Source: Mytilus trossulus (Eukaryota). From it: DNA of 64,000 nucleotides. The stretch lies in contig NC_086374.1 in NCBI RefSeq assembly GCF_036588685.1, positions 93,248,001 through 93,312,000 on the forward strand. The letters are read 5' to 3'. The position numbers and the translations under genes were made by a program. A model generated the notes under the pieces. The model was given only the letters and a program-made list of their open reading frames with translations. It did no database searches and was not told the origin of the DNA. The stretch's first letter is position 1, and each line of letters opens with the position of its first letter. Shown here one piece after another: positions 62,101-64,000 of this stretch.

Positions 62101-63237
62101 AGGCAAAATGTGGGGAAATTTCAATCAAAGGCGTTGCTTTTGATTTATCTTATACGGATACTGTCTTACGGATTCCCCCTCCTGAACCCGTAACTCATAT
62201 AATTCAAAACATTGATTCGTTTCTCAAATCTTCATTCATCATTTGATTATTTGGCGTATTTTTTTTTAATTCATATACTTCCCATTTTATTTGAATTTCA
62301 GTTATCATTTTTTTATTATTGATTTATTTCTGTAAACTGAATTAAACTTGAAACCAAAAAAGCGTAAGAAAAACTGCATCCTTGTGTTGGTATAATTAAT
62401 TATTCGTGTGACATCGGAATGTTTGATATTCAGTTGAATTCATTTCATTGTGTTAAGAGGTAATACAAATTTTCAATCTGCAGCCCAATCGGAGACGCAT
62501 CATGCTTTTTCCGACAGTGCTTCTCTAAGTTATTATACAAACATTGAATAAGACGTCACTGCGGACCTATCATTTTAACTTCGGAGCTGTCATTTTAATA
62601 TTCTAACTGAAAAAGACATGCAGCGTCTAATAAAGTGTCGTAAAAATCTACCTGTAGTTTCTTAATTGAGTCAATTTTATCCGTCTTCTTGACTAGTTCT
62701 CCTGGAGTGAGGTATTTGAACAACATGATAGTCTATAATAGTTTAATGTAACACCATATTAATTTACAACATTCATCGCGCCACCCTATTTGACCAGAAC
62801 GTGACTAACACTGAGCATAATGGTTCAAGTTTTGTTGTCATTGTGTGTCAATTGTATTGAATCCCAACTGGATGTTGCGTTTTTCTGATACCACACATGC
62901 ACTAATACCAATTGGTTGATTCTATGTTTTCTTTTCCATGTTTATACAGCTGAAATATAAGAAACGTTGTATTTTTGCCGGGCGCTAACTTTTGCAATTG
63001 ACTTACTAGTAGATCTATACAGAAATGTTATGCTTTTCAGCAACAACGGTATAATTGCTTCCTTCTTTTAATAATAAAAATGTATCAATGCGTGTAAATC
63101 TGCTCTATGAAACCAAGAAAGTTCTCCAGAAAATATCTACTACTGCAGTAGAAGTTGTATCTAATTTCATTGCACATGTTGTTCCTTGATTTTATTGTAA
63201 GATGCGTTTCATATAACATCCAGTATTAACTGTGTCA

Positions 63238-63933
63238 TAAAATTGAGAATGGAAATGGAGAATTAATGTGTCAAAGAGACAACAACCCGGCCATAGAGCA
63301 GACAACAGCAAAAGGTCGCCAACAGGTCTTCAATGCAGCAAGAAATTCCCGCACCCGGAGGCGTCCTTCAGCTGGCCCCTCAACAAATATATATACTAGT
63401 TCAGTGATAATGAACGCCATACTAAACTCCAAATTGTACACAAAAAACGAAAATTATAAATAATACAAGACTAACAAAGGACAGAGGCTCATGACTTGGG
63501 ACAGGAGCAAAATTGCGGCGGGGTTAAAAATGTTTATGAGATCTCAACCCTCCCCCTATAGCTAGCCGATGCAGAAAAGTAACCGCATAACAATACGCAC
63601 ATTAAAATTCAGTTCAAGAGAAGCCCGAGTCTGATGTTAGAAGATGTAACCAAAAAAATAAACAAAATGACTATAATACATAAATAACGTCAGACTACTA
63701 GTAGTTAATTGACATGTCAGCTCCAGACTTCAATTAAACTGATTAAAAGTCTTAAGATTATGTCTTCATCATATGAATATTAGTCACAATCCTTCCCGTG
63801 AGGGGTTTAGTATCATACCATCATAACATATATGAGAAGAACACAATCCGTTTCATGCCAACAACTGGTTTTTAAATACATGTGTTTAGTTCCAATGCAA
63901 AGACCCTATAAGTGAATCAATATTAACGCCAAA
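63238..63933 (-). mobile_element. Non-coding 3' portion of the Penelope-like family
   Basis: AATTGAGAATGGAAATGG...GTCCTTCAGCTGGCCCCT...AGACTAACAAAGG is homologous to 58240-58490. Confidence 0.7.
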
Positions 63934-64000
63934 ATAGAACAGAACAGAACAGAACATATTGTATTCCCAATTAAGAGCCCACAAGGGGCATACAGAGCAT

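Noticed and set aside
63290-63380. GC-rich block in the Penelope-type 3' end as a possible HDV-like ribozyme or SECIS
   Set aside because: A P1-like pairing (GGGGCCA with TGGCGACC/TGGCC-like) is weak, and I could not place P3/L3, P1.1 or the catalytic C, nor a SECIS core.

Overview
AT-rich eukaryotic (metazoan) genomic DNA with spliceosomal GT-AG introns. The repeat content (Penelope-like remnants, hammerhead retrozymes, pearl/HINE-like elements) and the intronless B-box/beta-propeller genes suggest a bivalve, probably Mytilus; that assignment is inference. Host genes: the 5' three exons of an SLC30A/ZnT2-type zinc transporter (- strand), head-to-head with a complete six-exon CFAP410/C21orf2 (+); two tandem intronless B-box/coiled-coil/beta-propeller (TRIM-like, RING-less) paralogues (-) inside a collinear segmental duplication; and a two-exon engrailed homeobox gene (+) followed by a 39-bp minisatellite. 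Mobile DNA: a full-length but decayed Mag-like Ty3/gypsy LTR element (LTRs, PBS, PPT, 5-bp TSD, two nested insertions), BEL/Pao, Penelope-like and RTE remnants, several MITE/foldback elements, and about 11 minimal type I hammerhead ribozyme motifs in ~340-bp retrozyme-like repeats, one of them intact. I found no clearly new multi-gene system. The best leads are: the hammerhead families, including a possible vestigial opposite-polarity hammerhead; a hypervariable propeller loop in the TRIM-like pair; an unidentified pseudogene co-duplicated with that pair; a duplicated promoter/micro-ORF exon upstream of engrailed; and a UGCAUG-dense array behind the engrailed stop codon.
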